A DNA stretch of 64,000 bases from Raillietiella orientalis (Eukaryota), in assembly GCA_036172245.1 (NCBI GenBank), contig JAYWIR010000082.1, positions 124,001 through 188,000 of the forward strand, written 5' to 3'. The notes below the pieces were generated by a model. That model made no database searches. It had not been told where the DNA came from and saw only the letters and a program-made list of their open reading frames with translations. Every line of letters starts with the position of its first letter. The stretch's first letter is position 1. Positions 26,897 through 38,420 of this stretch are shown here, in pieces. Position numbers and translations under genes: made by a program.

Positions 26897-29770
26897 CTAT
26901 TCTGAAGTTGCTTCATCAAGGACATTCTGCAGTGAGGTGGGTACCCATTTGCCTTCTTTCAGCACAAAGATTACGTTACGATCAATGTACAGTTGCAGAT
27001 TGGCACAACGATACACTTGCTTAGCATCATACTGGCGCAGTGGCACAAATAAAATGCCCCTTTCAGCACAGCGACGCTCTAAAAGTTCACGGAATCCTTG
27101 GGGCATAAATGAGCTCAGCTGGCTTGCTGATCCATCTGACTGTCGAGCTTCTGCAAATGGAATGCGTTCCTTGGGGACTGGTTGTACCCCAATAGACCTC
27201 TGCATCATTTCCAGTGCAGTACGGAGGTGCTCTGATTACATGTATACTCAAGCAATATGAAAGTTTTTTTTTACCTTTTATCAATGGAACACAAACAATG
27301 GATTCCGGAAAAAGAGATTTCCAGCCCAAGTACCATTTACTAACTTCTTCATAAGAAGGATTATGATTCAACCAAGCAGCCAACACCTGCAGCCATTTGG
27401 GAAAAAATGCTTTATCTAGAAGAGAAGCAAGGGTTCCAACTGATAGGATGTCTTTCCATTCCATGACCCAATTCCACTGATCTAACAGAACAATAGGCAG
27501 ATAGTTGTTTTGTTTTTCCTTTTCTTTTATTACCTAAATGCTGCTGATGTGGATTGACTACAAATTCCTGAAGTGCCATTTGTAACTTTGGAACAATATT
27601 TTTTATTAAAAAAATTTCCATGTTAGAAGTATGCCAAACTTTAGTCCATGGAGTAAGGATGAGTTTGGACGAACGATCTGAAGGATGCCAGTTTACCAAA
27701 GCATTGGCTAGCTTGTGTCGAATAGTAGGATAAATGATTTCCAAGCGGACATTTCCTAAAGACAGTTGCAACTTCTAATTAAATAATTTAACTTTACATA
27801 CCCATTAAGGGGAGCCATGGGTGGATCCAAGCATGGATTGGAACAGTGTCTGTCAATGGGTTCCAGTCTTCTACTTCTTTCTGAATACGTGGTAGAATCA
27901 CTTGATCCAATAAATTAGACAAAATAGTTGGAGGCAAGGCAGGCATCCAATTTTCTAGAAGCTCAACCAAGGGCTCACTAATACGGCAAGACCATACACT
28001 GACAGCTGCACGAACTCGTGGCATCCAACACTGCCACACCATTTCATAGTAAACATTTTGCTCATTTTCAGTTTCTGTTGGATGATCTAGTAAATTTTTC
28101 CATTGTTGGAAGACATCCAGTGCAAATGTGCGATGTTCAAGTGGTTGCCAGTCTTGTAGAAATGTCTTTATCAAAGGGAATACTAATGCTATTGCTAAAC
28201 CAGCCAATCCATATAAATGATAATCTTCAGAAAATTCTGTCTATTCAATTAATTCTATTCAAATCCAGTGAGAGCCAAATAAAAACACCTGCCTGTAATT
28301 GGAGAAATACTTGAAAAGCATCCTGCAGATTAAGTTGCCCACTGTTATTTTCCAATTTGCTGATGATTTCCATTAAATGCTCTACACGTTTGATGTTTTC
28401 CTGTTCTCCTTTGAGCTGATGAAAGAGAAGTTCCTTTTCATGTTGTAGATTAATAATGTGATCACTAGATATACAGCGACTCTTTTCTAATTGCAAGATT
28501 TCTTGTTCTGCTAAATCAACTAGAAGATCCAGATTGTGCAGTAGTTCAGGGATCACAAAACCATGCTGCTTTTGCTTATCTTGTCCAAGGGTGCCATCAG
28601 ATACTGGTTGTTTTTGGCCATGGATGGCATGGTAGCCACTTAATACTCTTTGTTGAGGTCCTGTCATGTCAATCACTTTTACTTCTGATAGCCTATTAAA
28701 AAATGAATGTGTGGTCATGTATTAATACACTTAATTCACCTGCTAGCTGCTGATAATGATCCTGAAAGTTTACCAGTCTCCAACACTTCAGTAACACTTT
28801 TTACCATATATTTAATTTTCTTCTTCTTATTGCCAGATTTCTTCCAATGGCTAACATGACTTTCCTCATTTTCTTTGCCATCCTCTTCAACAACTGGTTG
28901 CTGCTTATGTTCACTACCATATGCACCTGATACAACAAAATGAGAAACCATATATACCAGTTGCTATTCACCAATTGCTCCTCGACCCTGTCTTTTATGA
29001 GCCTCAACTGGGGCAGATATTCCTTGTAATTCTTTACCAAGACCTTTTCCTGGCTGGTAACCCATTTGCAATAGCAATTTGTGACCGATTCCTTTAGTAT
29101 GTTTTTGCCAATTTCCAATCTGTGAATTCTGAGTACTGCTTACATGTTGTGGGCGTTTCTTGGCCTTCACCATGATCAGTTCTTCATCACTGTATCATAA
29201 TTATATATATTAATAATGCTTAAACTTCCATGTATGAATCTCGCTAAATTCCAAATTTGTTTTACAGATAAAATTTCATTCTGAAAATTATTGCGATATT
29301 CGACAGCAGCAGGGCATGTAATACTTTATTAATCCCTGATGTTTTCTATGCTGATAACATACTAATAATAAACTTTAAATTACTTTCACTCTTATGTTTT
29401 GAAAGAATCAGATTAAACTGCCGCGATCAGTGGTAATATTAAAACCAAACCAACCTTGAACTTTGATCCTTTTTGACCTCTTCCTCTTCATTTTTCTTAT
29501 TATTCTGTTGAACACCCCCTGATATAAATGAGAGTGGTGTAATATACGACTTTTTTCCACTTCGTGCTGAATATCCGCCTTTAGGTGGAACATCCTCATC
29601 ACTGTCATCAGCCCATATTCCTAAGAAGAGCCATGAAAGTTTATATGATGTATGCTGCAATTACCATATATCTGCTGATTCTTCGAAAGCTTTCTATAAG
29701 GTCTGTTTATGTTGAATTCATTCTCTAGGTCATAGTCCGTGACCTCAAAGCGTTCATATTCTTCTTCCAT
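26897..29770 (-). CDS. TFIP11: Tuftelin-interacting protein 11 (Ntr1/Spp382 homologue; G-patch spliceosome disassembly factor), ~759 aa
   Basis: N-terminus [26 protein letters not shown]-patch [88 protein letters not shown]-terminus [15 protein letters not shown]. Phase-consistent exons: 29770-29665, 29620-29455, 29189-28972, 28926-28740, 28692-28293, 28240-27802, 27755-27534, 27481-27275, 27231-26897 (TAG). Intron 5 is GC-AG. Confidence 0.97.
27048..27053 (+). promoter_or_regulatory. Candidate polyadenylation signal (AATAAA) of DENND5
   Basis: First plus-strand AATAAA after the DENND5 stop (~155 nt downstream). It is antisense to the Ile-Leu-Phe codons of the last TFIP11 exon. Confidence 0.55.
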
Positions 29771-32700
29771 TGTTATGCTGCTGCTCTATTCTCTTAGTGG
29801 TCTATTAACTATTAAGGGTGATCATACAATTGTTGAAAATGATGCACAGAAATGCGTCAACATGCTGTAAAAATAACATACAATTCATGTATCATAAATT
29901 TGCCACAGGCAGTTCAAACGATGGATGTAACTAAAATCGTCCATAGCAGTCAATCAAATTAGAAAGCTCGATGCAGCACAGCATAACGGCCTCTCACAAA
30001 CCATAACATTACTAGCGATCACGTGAGATCAAAAAACAGGACAGCCAGATTTCTTACCACTCGAAACGTTGAAATAAAATCCTTCTCAAAGGAAAAAGAT
30101 ATGTCCCTTTTGCTAGAATTTAACAGAAAGATAACCTTATTCTTGATAAATTATATACATGGATCAATAAATAATGTTTAAAGTCCCAAACTGAAAAGTC
30201 AAGCTTTTCAAAAAAAGCAGATAAATGGGAAATCAAGAAATTCTATGTCAATTTATTTACTGATAGGGACTGATACGACATTTGTTAGTTTGTACTCTCT
30301 CATTTACTTCGTGTTAATAGCAAAAGTTACTTAGGAATATTGACTCTAATCATTAAATACTAAATAGGTTTTCAAATAAGGATTCTAATAAAACTGAAGC
30401 TGCTTTCACTGCTTATGAAAGCTAAACAATGAAAATGTGACCTCCATAGTAAGCATACTAGAAAACGAAGATTAAGATTTGTTTTTGCTAATTAAACAGG
30501 AATGTGAAAGTCAAGTTAGAATTGAATACTTCACTTTGAAATTTTACCACATCTGTTTTTCATCTTATAGTTTCATCCCTTGATTGCTTGTAAAGCAAAT
30601 GATACAATTTATCGTGCATGAATGACTTTTTCCAAATATTCTAATTAAAGACTCAAAATCTGCCATGGATATACATGGTAGATTACACACAATTTGTGAA
30701 CTTCTGACTAATTGGATTTATTGCGAAAAATTCTATTTACTTGCAAAAGGAAGAAGATTAGTTGTGCATACTTGTGCTCGAAGTGAAAACATAATAGAAG
30801 AATATTTCATCTAAACTTTTCAAGATTAATTTTGTTAGGATTTCACATTTTGAAAGCTGAAACTTTGTAAAAGAAAGTCTAGGAATGCACAGAACACAGG
30901 TAGCTGATCTCGTAGTGGCTACAGACCTCGGAGACTGTTTCCAAGCTTGTCAGCGGAACTCATGTAAGAGTAGAAAAGCATTGCTATATCAGAGAATTCT
31001 AGGAGAAAATCTCCAGTCATATTGAGGAAACTACTCATCTGTACGTCTGAAAAAGTCTATACGTTTTGTTTATGTTACTAAATAAATTATGAATTTCAAG
31101 TTCCCCCCCTTTTTTTCCTTGCAAGCAAGGTCAACAATTCTCTTGAATGTTTGGCTGTACTATCTCAACGGCCCAAGAAAAAAAATTGATGAGTGAAGAA
31201 TCAGACCTTCTCCGTTGAGGACGTCGATCATCAATTCAGAACAAACTTGAGTAATGGATAAAGTTGTCAGTAATCCCTCGCTTTAAGAGCTGTTTTTATA
31301 TGCTGTTATTTTAGGTTGCGATTCTCTTGGCATAACGCAAGATGTTCCAATGATGCAAGAGGGACAAATCTTCCGGAAGTATGTGTATTTATATTTAACG
31401 GGATAGGAGGTTTACAAATACGGATGACATTCTGCTAGGTGAACTGGAGGAATATGAATACCTCACCGAGTATTAACAGTCACTTTCTCTTAATGTTTAA
31501 AAAAATGAATCTCCATATCTCCCTTTCCTTTCGCTGATCGAAGCGCCGGAATTTATTACTCCAGAATCTACTGATGGTATTCTGAACATCAGACTATTTT
31601 TGTTAAACAAAAACAACGTGTCGCGACTGCGGTTGGTTTCTCTGCACTTCTGCATCGAAAGCAAGCAGTCCTTAGGGCACAGGATTTCCTGTTTCTCGGT
31701 TCTTTACTTCGCATCTGCATCGGAAAAGCTACTGGCCGAGCTTGGAAATTGCTCCGCACTCAGGAGTGTGTAAAACTTCTGTTTCCCTCCCGGATGATTA
31801 CTGGTTCTGAAGAGAGGGGCAAGACGACGAGAGCGACCATGGGGCGGTGGCAGCACCACACTCTCAACTGGCGTGGCCTATAGTCAGCACTCCTCAGTTG
31901 CTCCTGACCTCTCTTGATAGCAGGAAGAAGGCGTACTACGCTTCTCAGGAATAGGGATTTCATGGAAAGAAGAGGGAGAGCATCGAGAATTCTGTGATCT
32001 TGACTTGTTTATGACGAGGAAAGCCATGTGAAGGGAGATTAAGTTAACTAAAGGCAGATGTTAGCAGAAATCGGAGTCTCTTTTTCGACTTCTGCGAAAG
32101 TTTTCCGACGGTATATGAAAAGCATTTGTAGTTCCTGACTTCCCTCCTTCTCCACAGGTACGTTTCACCTCCGAAAAGTCCTTTTTCAGTGTAAGAAACC
32201 TTGGACTTTGGGTAGAGATGTGCAATGTTTGGAAGGACCGCGACCTGCAAGCCGTGGGCATTCGAAGGCAAGACCGAAAACATCTGGCGTAACCAGAGGA
32301 GTTTTCTGGATAGTTCCTTGCCGTTCTCATCAAGGACAAATTGGACGGTTTACGCTGTGTTCGTGTTGTCAGTTTGGCGTACAAATCACCTGGAGAATGA
32401 TTCCATGTAGCGATGTTAAAATAACCACGTTACTAGGAACTCCAGAATTCTGTCCTAGCTTCGAATGATGAAAAAGCTCGAAAAGGGAACGTCAATCCTG
32501 GATATCATTAGTCAGGGAAGAAAAAGGTAGTGTTTCATGAGTCTGAGATAATGAGACGAGCTCTCATAAGTAGGTGGAGATGACTCAACATATTCTCCGG
32601 TTGAAACCAAGTCAAGGAAGCAAGCAAGCAAGATGTCGACGTTTCCTTGAATTCTCCGCTCATTTTCCGACCGCCACCGAATCACAGAAAGGCAAGAAAT

Positions 32701-35700
32701 AACTTCCAAAAGTCCCTCCAGAAGTGCTTCCTTATCTCTTTACAATTTGCAGCCGACATTAGCGAGAGTCGTGCCGTTCTTTTTCAAATTGCTCCTGCTG
32801 AGGAAGCGATGAAAAGACGCCTCCGTTCAAGTGCAAGCCTCGGTCAGCCGGATCCGTTCTGAAGTTCCAGGCACCCACGCACAGTCCAGTTCTCCAGAAA
32901 GCAAGAAACTGATGAAACACTCTGTTTACCGCAAATTAGGTCATTTAACTCAGCATTCTCTGTTTTTTCTCTTTTCCTGAGTGTCTCCAAGAGACCCTTA
33001 CTCACTGAACTGTTCGAAAGCACCTGTGAGTCAATCAGAAGCAGTCGTTGCAGGTTAAGTGTCTTCCTGTCTCCCGTGTCATAGGCTCTTCTCCTGCTTA
33101 CCACGATCGGGAATACAACATGCTTTAACTTTCTGCTCATTCACTGACGCCTCGTGGATTCAGTGACCGCTGCTCCCGACTCAAGGAGGGCTCATCCGAT
33201 GCAAGAGTCCCGGGTTTCTCGGGATAACCTTTGAGCACAGACGTGACTGAAAATGTGTGGGCTCTCGAAATCTGATTTTCATGGGAAACTGAGAAACAAG
33301 AAGAAACCGTCAGCATGCCGGGTTTCTTCACAAGCGAGAGCCAAAAGTGCGCGTCCACAGCAAATTCCAATTCGCGTTCTGCTCGGAGGAGGAAGCGGAA
33401 GGTGGAAAATTAGGAAACGACGAAATTCAGGAACACGGCACCGAATCCAAAAGGATGAGGACCCTGAGGAACTTGTTCGACATGCTGCACGTGGGTAACA
33501 AGACACGAAGAAGTGCGTAGACAAAGAGTGTTTGTTTACAAAGAAGAAGTCGTTCTTTCGTTTTCGACATATGGAGGACTACCAAAGAAAGGGAGTGACT
33601 CGTCCTTTCCGTCACCTATTGGGTCGTTTGTTCCGTCACGAACCGAACAAATCTTGCGAATGCTTTTTCATCTGCAGAATCCAAGCGCTTCTTGGACCAT
33701 CCAGTTTGTTCGAGTATCCCTATGCACTTTGTCACTTTCATTTTCTTTTTCTACGGGACTTTGCTCCGCTGATGAGAACTTCCAGGGTTGCAATTAGTTT
33801 GCAAAGAGGGCTAATCAAAACTCGTCCGAGAAAGATTCGATCTGCGGTCGCACATATAAAAGAGGAAGCGAAGTTCCTCCGAATCCTTCTCAACTTGATT
33901 TTGCGTCCGCAAACGGCAAAAGTGACTTCTTGGAACCATTTATCGAAATATCTGCGTGCATATTTTTGCGGAACTTTTACCGCTTTTGTAAGGACGCAAA
34001 CCTTCAATTGGATGCTTCAAGAATCTGTATCCGACAAGCCATAAACACTTTTCGGAGCGACCGAACCAGTCGTGTTCCTCTATTTCAGTGGAAAAAGGAG
34101 GGCAGTTATCGGAGAACTGAGGAAACGGAGAACCAGCAGAATCAGCAAGTTGAAGCTTTCGAAAGCTGACGCCTTTTGCTGCTTGATCCGAGCTCTCTCC
34201 GATGATTCACTGGACGCCTTTTCAGATCCAGTACAAAATCGAATGGCTGGTTGCTCGAGTTCAAAACATTCTCTCTTTGATCCGACATCTGTCGAGTCAT
34301 ATTAACAATCATCTCTTTTAAGGGAAGATTCACTCAGCTGATGAATGAGCTCGGGGAGCTTTCTCAAAGAATCCAGGTTCATTCCTTACCCTTTTTTTTT
34401 GGGATTAGGATACGAGAAGCATACGACTGCACTGATGTTCCAGATTGAGTTAACGTTCCAGATGGGAGGCTTTCAGAAAAAGCTCAAAAACAGCCAACAG
34501 TTCATTCCGAAGATACCGCTCGTGCTGTGAGTTCTTCTTCAACTTCCTGAGCTGAGCAGTATAAGGACTCCCGCTCCTGATGCGGCTTAAACTAACATCC
34601 GCATTTGGATGCAGTTTCGACTCGGATCTCGGATACTCGATCGAATTTCTTCGTTACCGATGGAATCCCTGAGGAACGCAGGGGCAGAAAAGACCATATT
34701 CCACTCTGCCGTCCTGAGGAGCGGTTCGATTTATTTTCTGAATTTTTTCACTCATGGTACGATGTACAACCGAAATTTCTGGGCTCTCTGCGGTGTATGC
34801 CACCCTTAGCATAAACATGCAAACCTTTGATTACGGAACACAGAAGGGATCTGGAAGACTCTTAGAAATCTCAGAAAGCAAACCCTCGTGCCCCCAAGAA
34901 TAGCAACTGTTATGTCAATGTGCTGATGCTGGCGATTGCATCCGATTTCCTCTTAACTTTCACTGGATTCCTCATGAAAAACGCTGCAAACTGCTTACTC
35001 CTTGGCAGTGAATTCTTCCTTTTAGTGGATCATCTTTCCCAGTTCCCTCTTTGTTTCCTGTGCAGGAACTAGCCCTGTCATTTCAGAATCTCTTCGATTC
35101 AAGTCTTATTCTCAGTTTTTTCAGGGTTCAAGAGTAGCCTTAGTTTAATTCCTTCTTTTTGCAGCATTCTAGCACAAGCAGAATTCATAGGAGACTGTTT
35201 GGAAGATGTCTCAGCCCTTCTTTATTCTGGTTACCCCAATTCTGAAAAGTCGTCTTGAAGATCGACTTCCATTCCATGTAGGGATGGATGGCACGGTCTC
35301 TTTACCATAGCAATGGTATTTTCACGAACTAATTTGCACAGAATTCAAGAGGGAATGTCAGGAATAAAAACTCGGAATCACTGGATGTTGCCGAGGAAGT
35401 CTACACTCATTTTTTCCTGTAAGTTATCAACTGTCCCTTTCTTTGGTAGCCTTCCATCCGTAAGGTCATTTTTTTTGTTTTGTTTACTAAGATTTGGGTC
35501 TCTGAGCTCCCTCTGAGGGTAGTGGCTGAGGATCTGTTTGCAATGTGCCTTCCACTGCCGATAGGCTTATCTCGAATCCGAAAAAGCATCATTCGAGTGA
35601 TGATGGCTTCCCATTTAAGGGCCACGTGACTTCACAATAAAGCTTGGCCACGTTGTGAGAGTTAGAATTTCATCCTTTCAGGGCTGAAGTGACGATCGCA

Positions 35701-37439
35701 AGCTGGATGCGTCTTCCATGAGCGCTTCGACGTCCGTGGTGGTGGTGTTCCTCTGCACCAGCAGCATGTCAAGAGCCTTCCATTCATGCAGAGGGGTAGA
35801 AAGAACTGCATTTATCAAGTCGGGTTGTGCTTCGAAGATTCCTTCGAAACATTTCTCAGATTTAGCAGGTTGTGACCGATGTCTCGGTCGAAGATACCGG
35901 CGAGAACTTCCGCTGAGCTGCAGGAAGTCTGGGTTGCCCATCCAGGAGGCGCAGCAAGGGTGAAATGCACTCACCAGCCACCACCTCCATGCTCCCCCTC
36001 CAACAACCAACTAATGCCGCAGGGGACCTGACAAAGCGACGCGTGAGGGGAACGAGAAGCCGAATACTTACTGGCCTCTCATTCACCTGACAGTTTCCCT
36101 CCAGTAGCTCTCAGCAGTCAAGAGTCTCCGCAGCGCTGCTCTTCTCCATTGACCCGCGTCAGCAGGGCGACTTCGGATACGCGCCCTCCTCTACTCAGCT
36201 ATCTTTCCTGCAGGTCCTCCCACTCACCTATGGTTCCCGCATCTCCTGAAACCGTTGGTCTGCAGTTCAACCCATCTCGTATCTTGTTTCCCACCTGCAT
36301 CGCTGCCTCGATTCTTCCACTATCTCGTGATGGGATCGGAATCAAATAGATCATAGGATCGTCTCGGAAAAGAAAAAAAATGGTCCTTGAGCTGTGCAGC
36401 GGAGTTATGAGCTCATCTCTCAAGAAACGAGACCGGAAAGTACACTGTTAGCGATCTCTAGGCGTAGAGGATGGTGCATGAGTCCAAAACACTAAGGATA
36501 CATTGCTTGATTCCAATGGAGAAATGAGATCTCAGGATGATTTCTTGCTTCGTTTGGACACTGCTAGGAGCTGTTCCTATGAAGAAGACTCGAAGATCCT
36601 CCTATCGCGCCCCGTCCATGTGGAGCGAGGAAGCGCACCTGATCCCAATGTATCTGTGCTAGAGGACACTCAAGTTTCCCCCAGTCGATGGCAGCAGGTT
36701 TCCTTGGGAGATGCGAGGTTACTGGAATCCTCAGAAACTCCTAGGAAACCAGGAGCAAGAGGACTGCTGGACCATGGAATGTGCGAGAGAGGATTCCTTG
36801 CGGGACATTTGCATTTCTACAGGAGAATCGGGAAGCGCACGGTCGTTCTGCTTTCCCAATTTAATTGCCGTAATTGTTTTCTGGGTCCCAAACGTGCAAG
36901 TGGCAGAGGAAGTTCTTCATTTCCCGAAAGAAGAAGAAGAAAAAAGTCCACGGCTCAGCGCTACAAGCACGAGGAAACGATAATTCTGGACAGAGCAGTC
37001 GATTCCTCTCTCCTCCCCCTTTTCCCTTCCCACTTAACGGCAAGCGCTGATTACTCATACCAAATTATGGTCAGGGCTGCGAGGGAGTAAATCACGCCAT
37101 CGTCCCGTATCGTGCAGCAGTGCCAGGGAGAAGGCGAGGCGGCGAGGATCCCCGATAGCAGTGCCTGCTGTATCTTTGGCAAACAGATCACAAAGCTTTT
37201 TAAGGAATCCTGGGAAAGCTTCTGCTCCCGACGATTCCTCGGCGATTCGCCATCTTGGATGCCAACGAAACTCCCTTATCTGACAGTAGGGAAGGCTGGG
37301 TTTCCTTTAAACGTTAAGTCGAGCTTCTTAGGTGGATAAGATTAATCTGATTACGTGGGGCCACTAAAGTCCCGGACGGAAGGAGGACATAAATCTTCAT
37401 CTCTTCGAGTCTCCCATTAGCCACACGAAAAAAAAAAAA

Positions 37440-38420
37440 TGGGCGGAAAGGAAGGTGGTCATGTAAATGACGGTGCACCTAATCTTTGGACCGTCTTCCA
37501 AGCCACGATCCTCCCTTTCGCTTCGAGGAAAACCAGCTGGAGAGCCTCGAGTATAGGAAGACCTATGGGCCCAGCACATGATGCTGAGAAATAGCCAGGC
37601 GTGAATGCTGTGTGCGAGCTTCCTGCTTCGGAAGGCATCGGTCCAGTGAAACCGCAAGCTTTCGAGGGGGGTGATCGTACTCTTTCGCGGTTTGCTCGTG
37701 AGCTCAACGGTTCAGTAGATAAAGAGATCGAGAAGGATCATTGGACAGGGATGTTTCGAGCTTGAATAAAGTCGCATTCCAGGAGAGTGGCAAAACCTCT
37801 CTTGTTCCCCTGCACTTCTCATCCAGTGATTAGCTGTGCTTGTCCCCCCCTGGATCCCTCGAATCTCATCGGGGAGCCTGGGTGGTCCATCTTGCAGATA
37901 GGGTGCGAAACCGTGGGAATGTTCTAGTCGTTGTCTAGCGGCGTGATGTCGAGTATCCAGTCTGGCATGCCCTGGAGCCTACTGGACCTAAGACTCTCCT
38001 TTGGCACACATAGTTACAACAGAAACCACGGAACCGGGATCTGTTCGGGAGACGAAATCCTTTTCAACAGGGGACTTCGGACTTTACGTAACCTCTGCAA
38101 ACTGAAGTGGAAAGAGTGATGCTGCTTCCCTGTACCGCATCGAAAAATCAGCTTTAGAGCCGTGGTGCACGTGGTTTTGGAGATTCTGGGCAGATTAGGA
38201 GCAAATGTAAGAGCCACTCACGTGACCTCTGCCGACTTTTCGGTTCCCTGCTTCCACGTCAATTTGTAGTATGGTCCACAGCACGTGCGGAGGCTTGGGA
38301 CAGAATGAGGATCCCGTGGGCATGTGTCACATTCCATTCATCTGAAGACGCTCGTCATGTTGCCACGGTTCCAAGACATGTGGTTATGGCTGATTCTGCC
38401 CCAGACGGTCTCGGTGGGAA
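37440..38420 (-). mobile_element. Possible very decayed LINE ORF2 fragment
   Basis: Weak motif echoes in LINE order: HGILILS (GVAIL-like), LTFAPN (YAPN-like), PPSKACG..GPIGLP (KAPGPDGLP-like). Heavily disrupted. Confidence 0.25.

Noticed and set aside
29865..30057. 5' UTR intron of TFIP11 (GTAAGA...TTTTACAG) with a short uORF
   Set aside because: The splice signals are plausible but cannot be constrained by frame or homology without transcript data.
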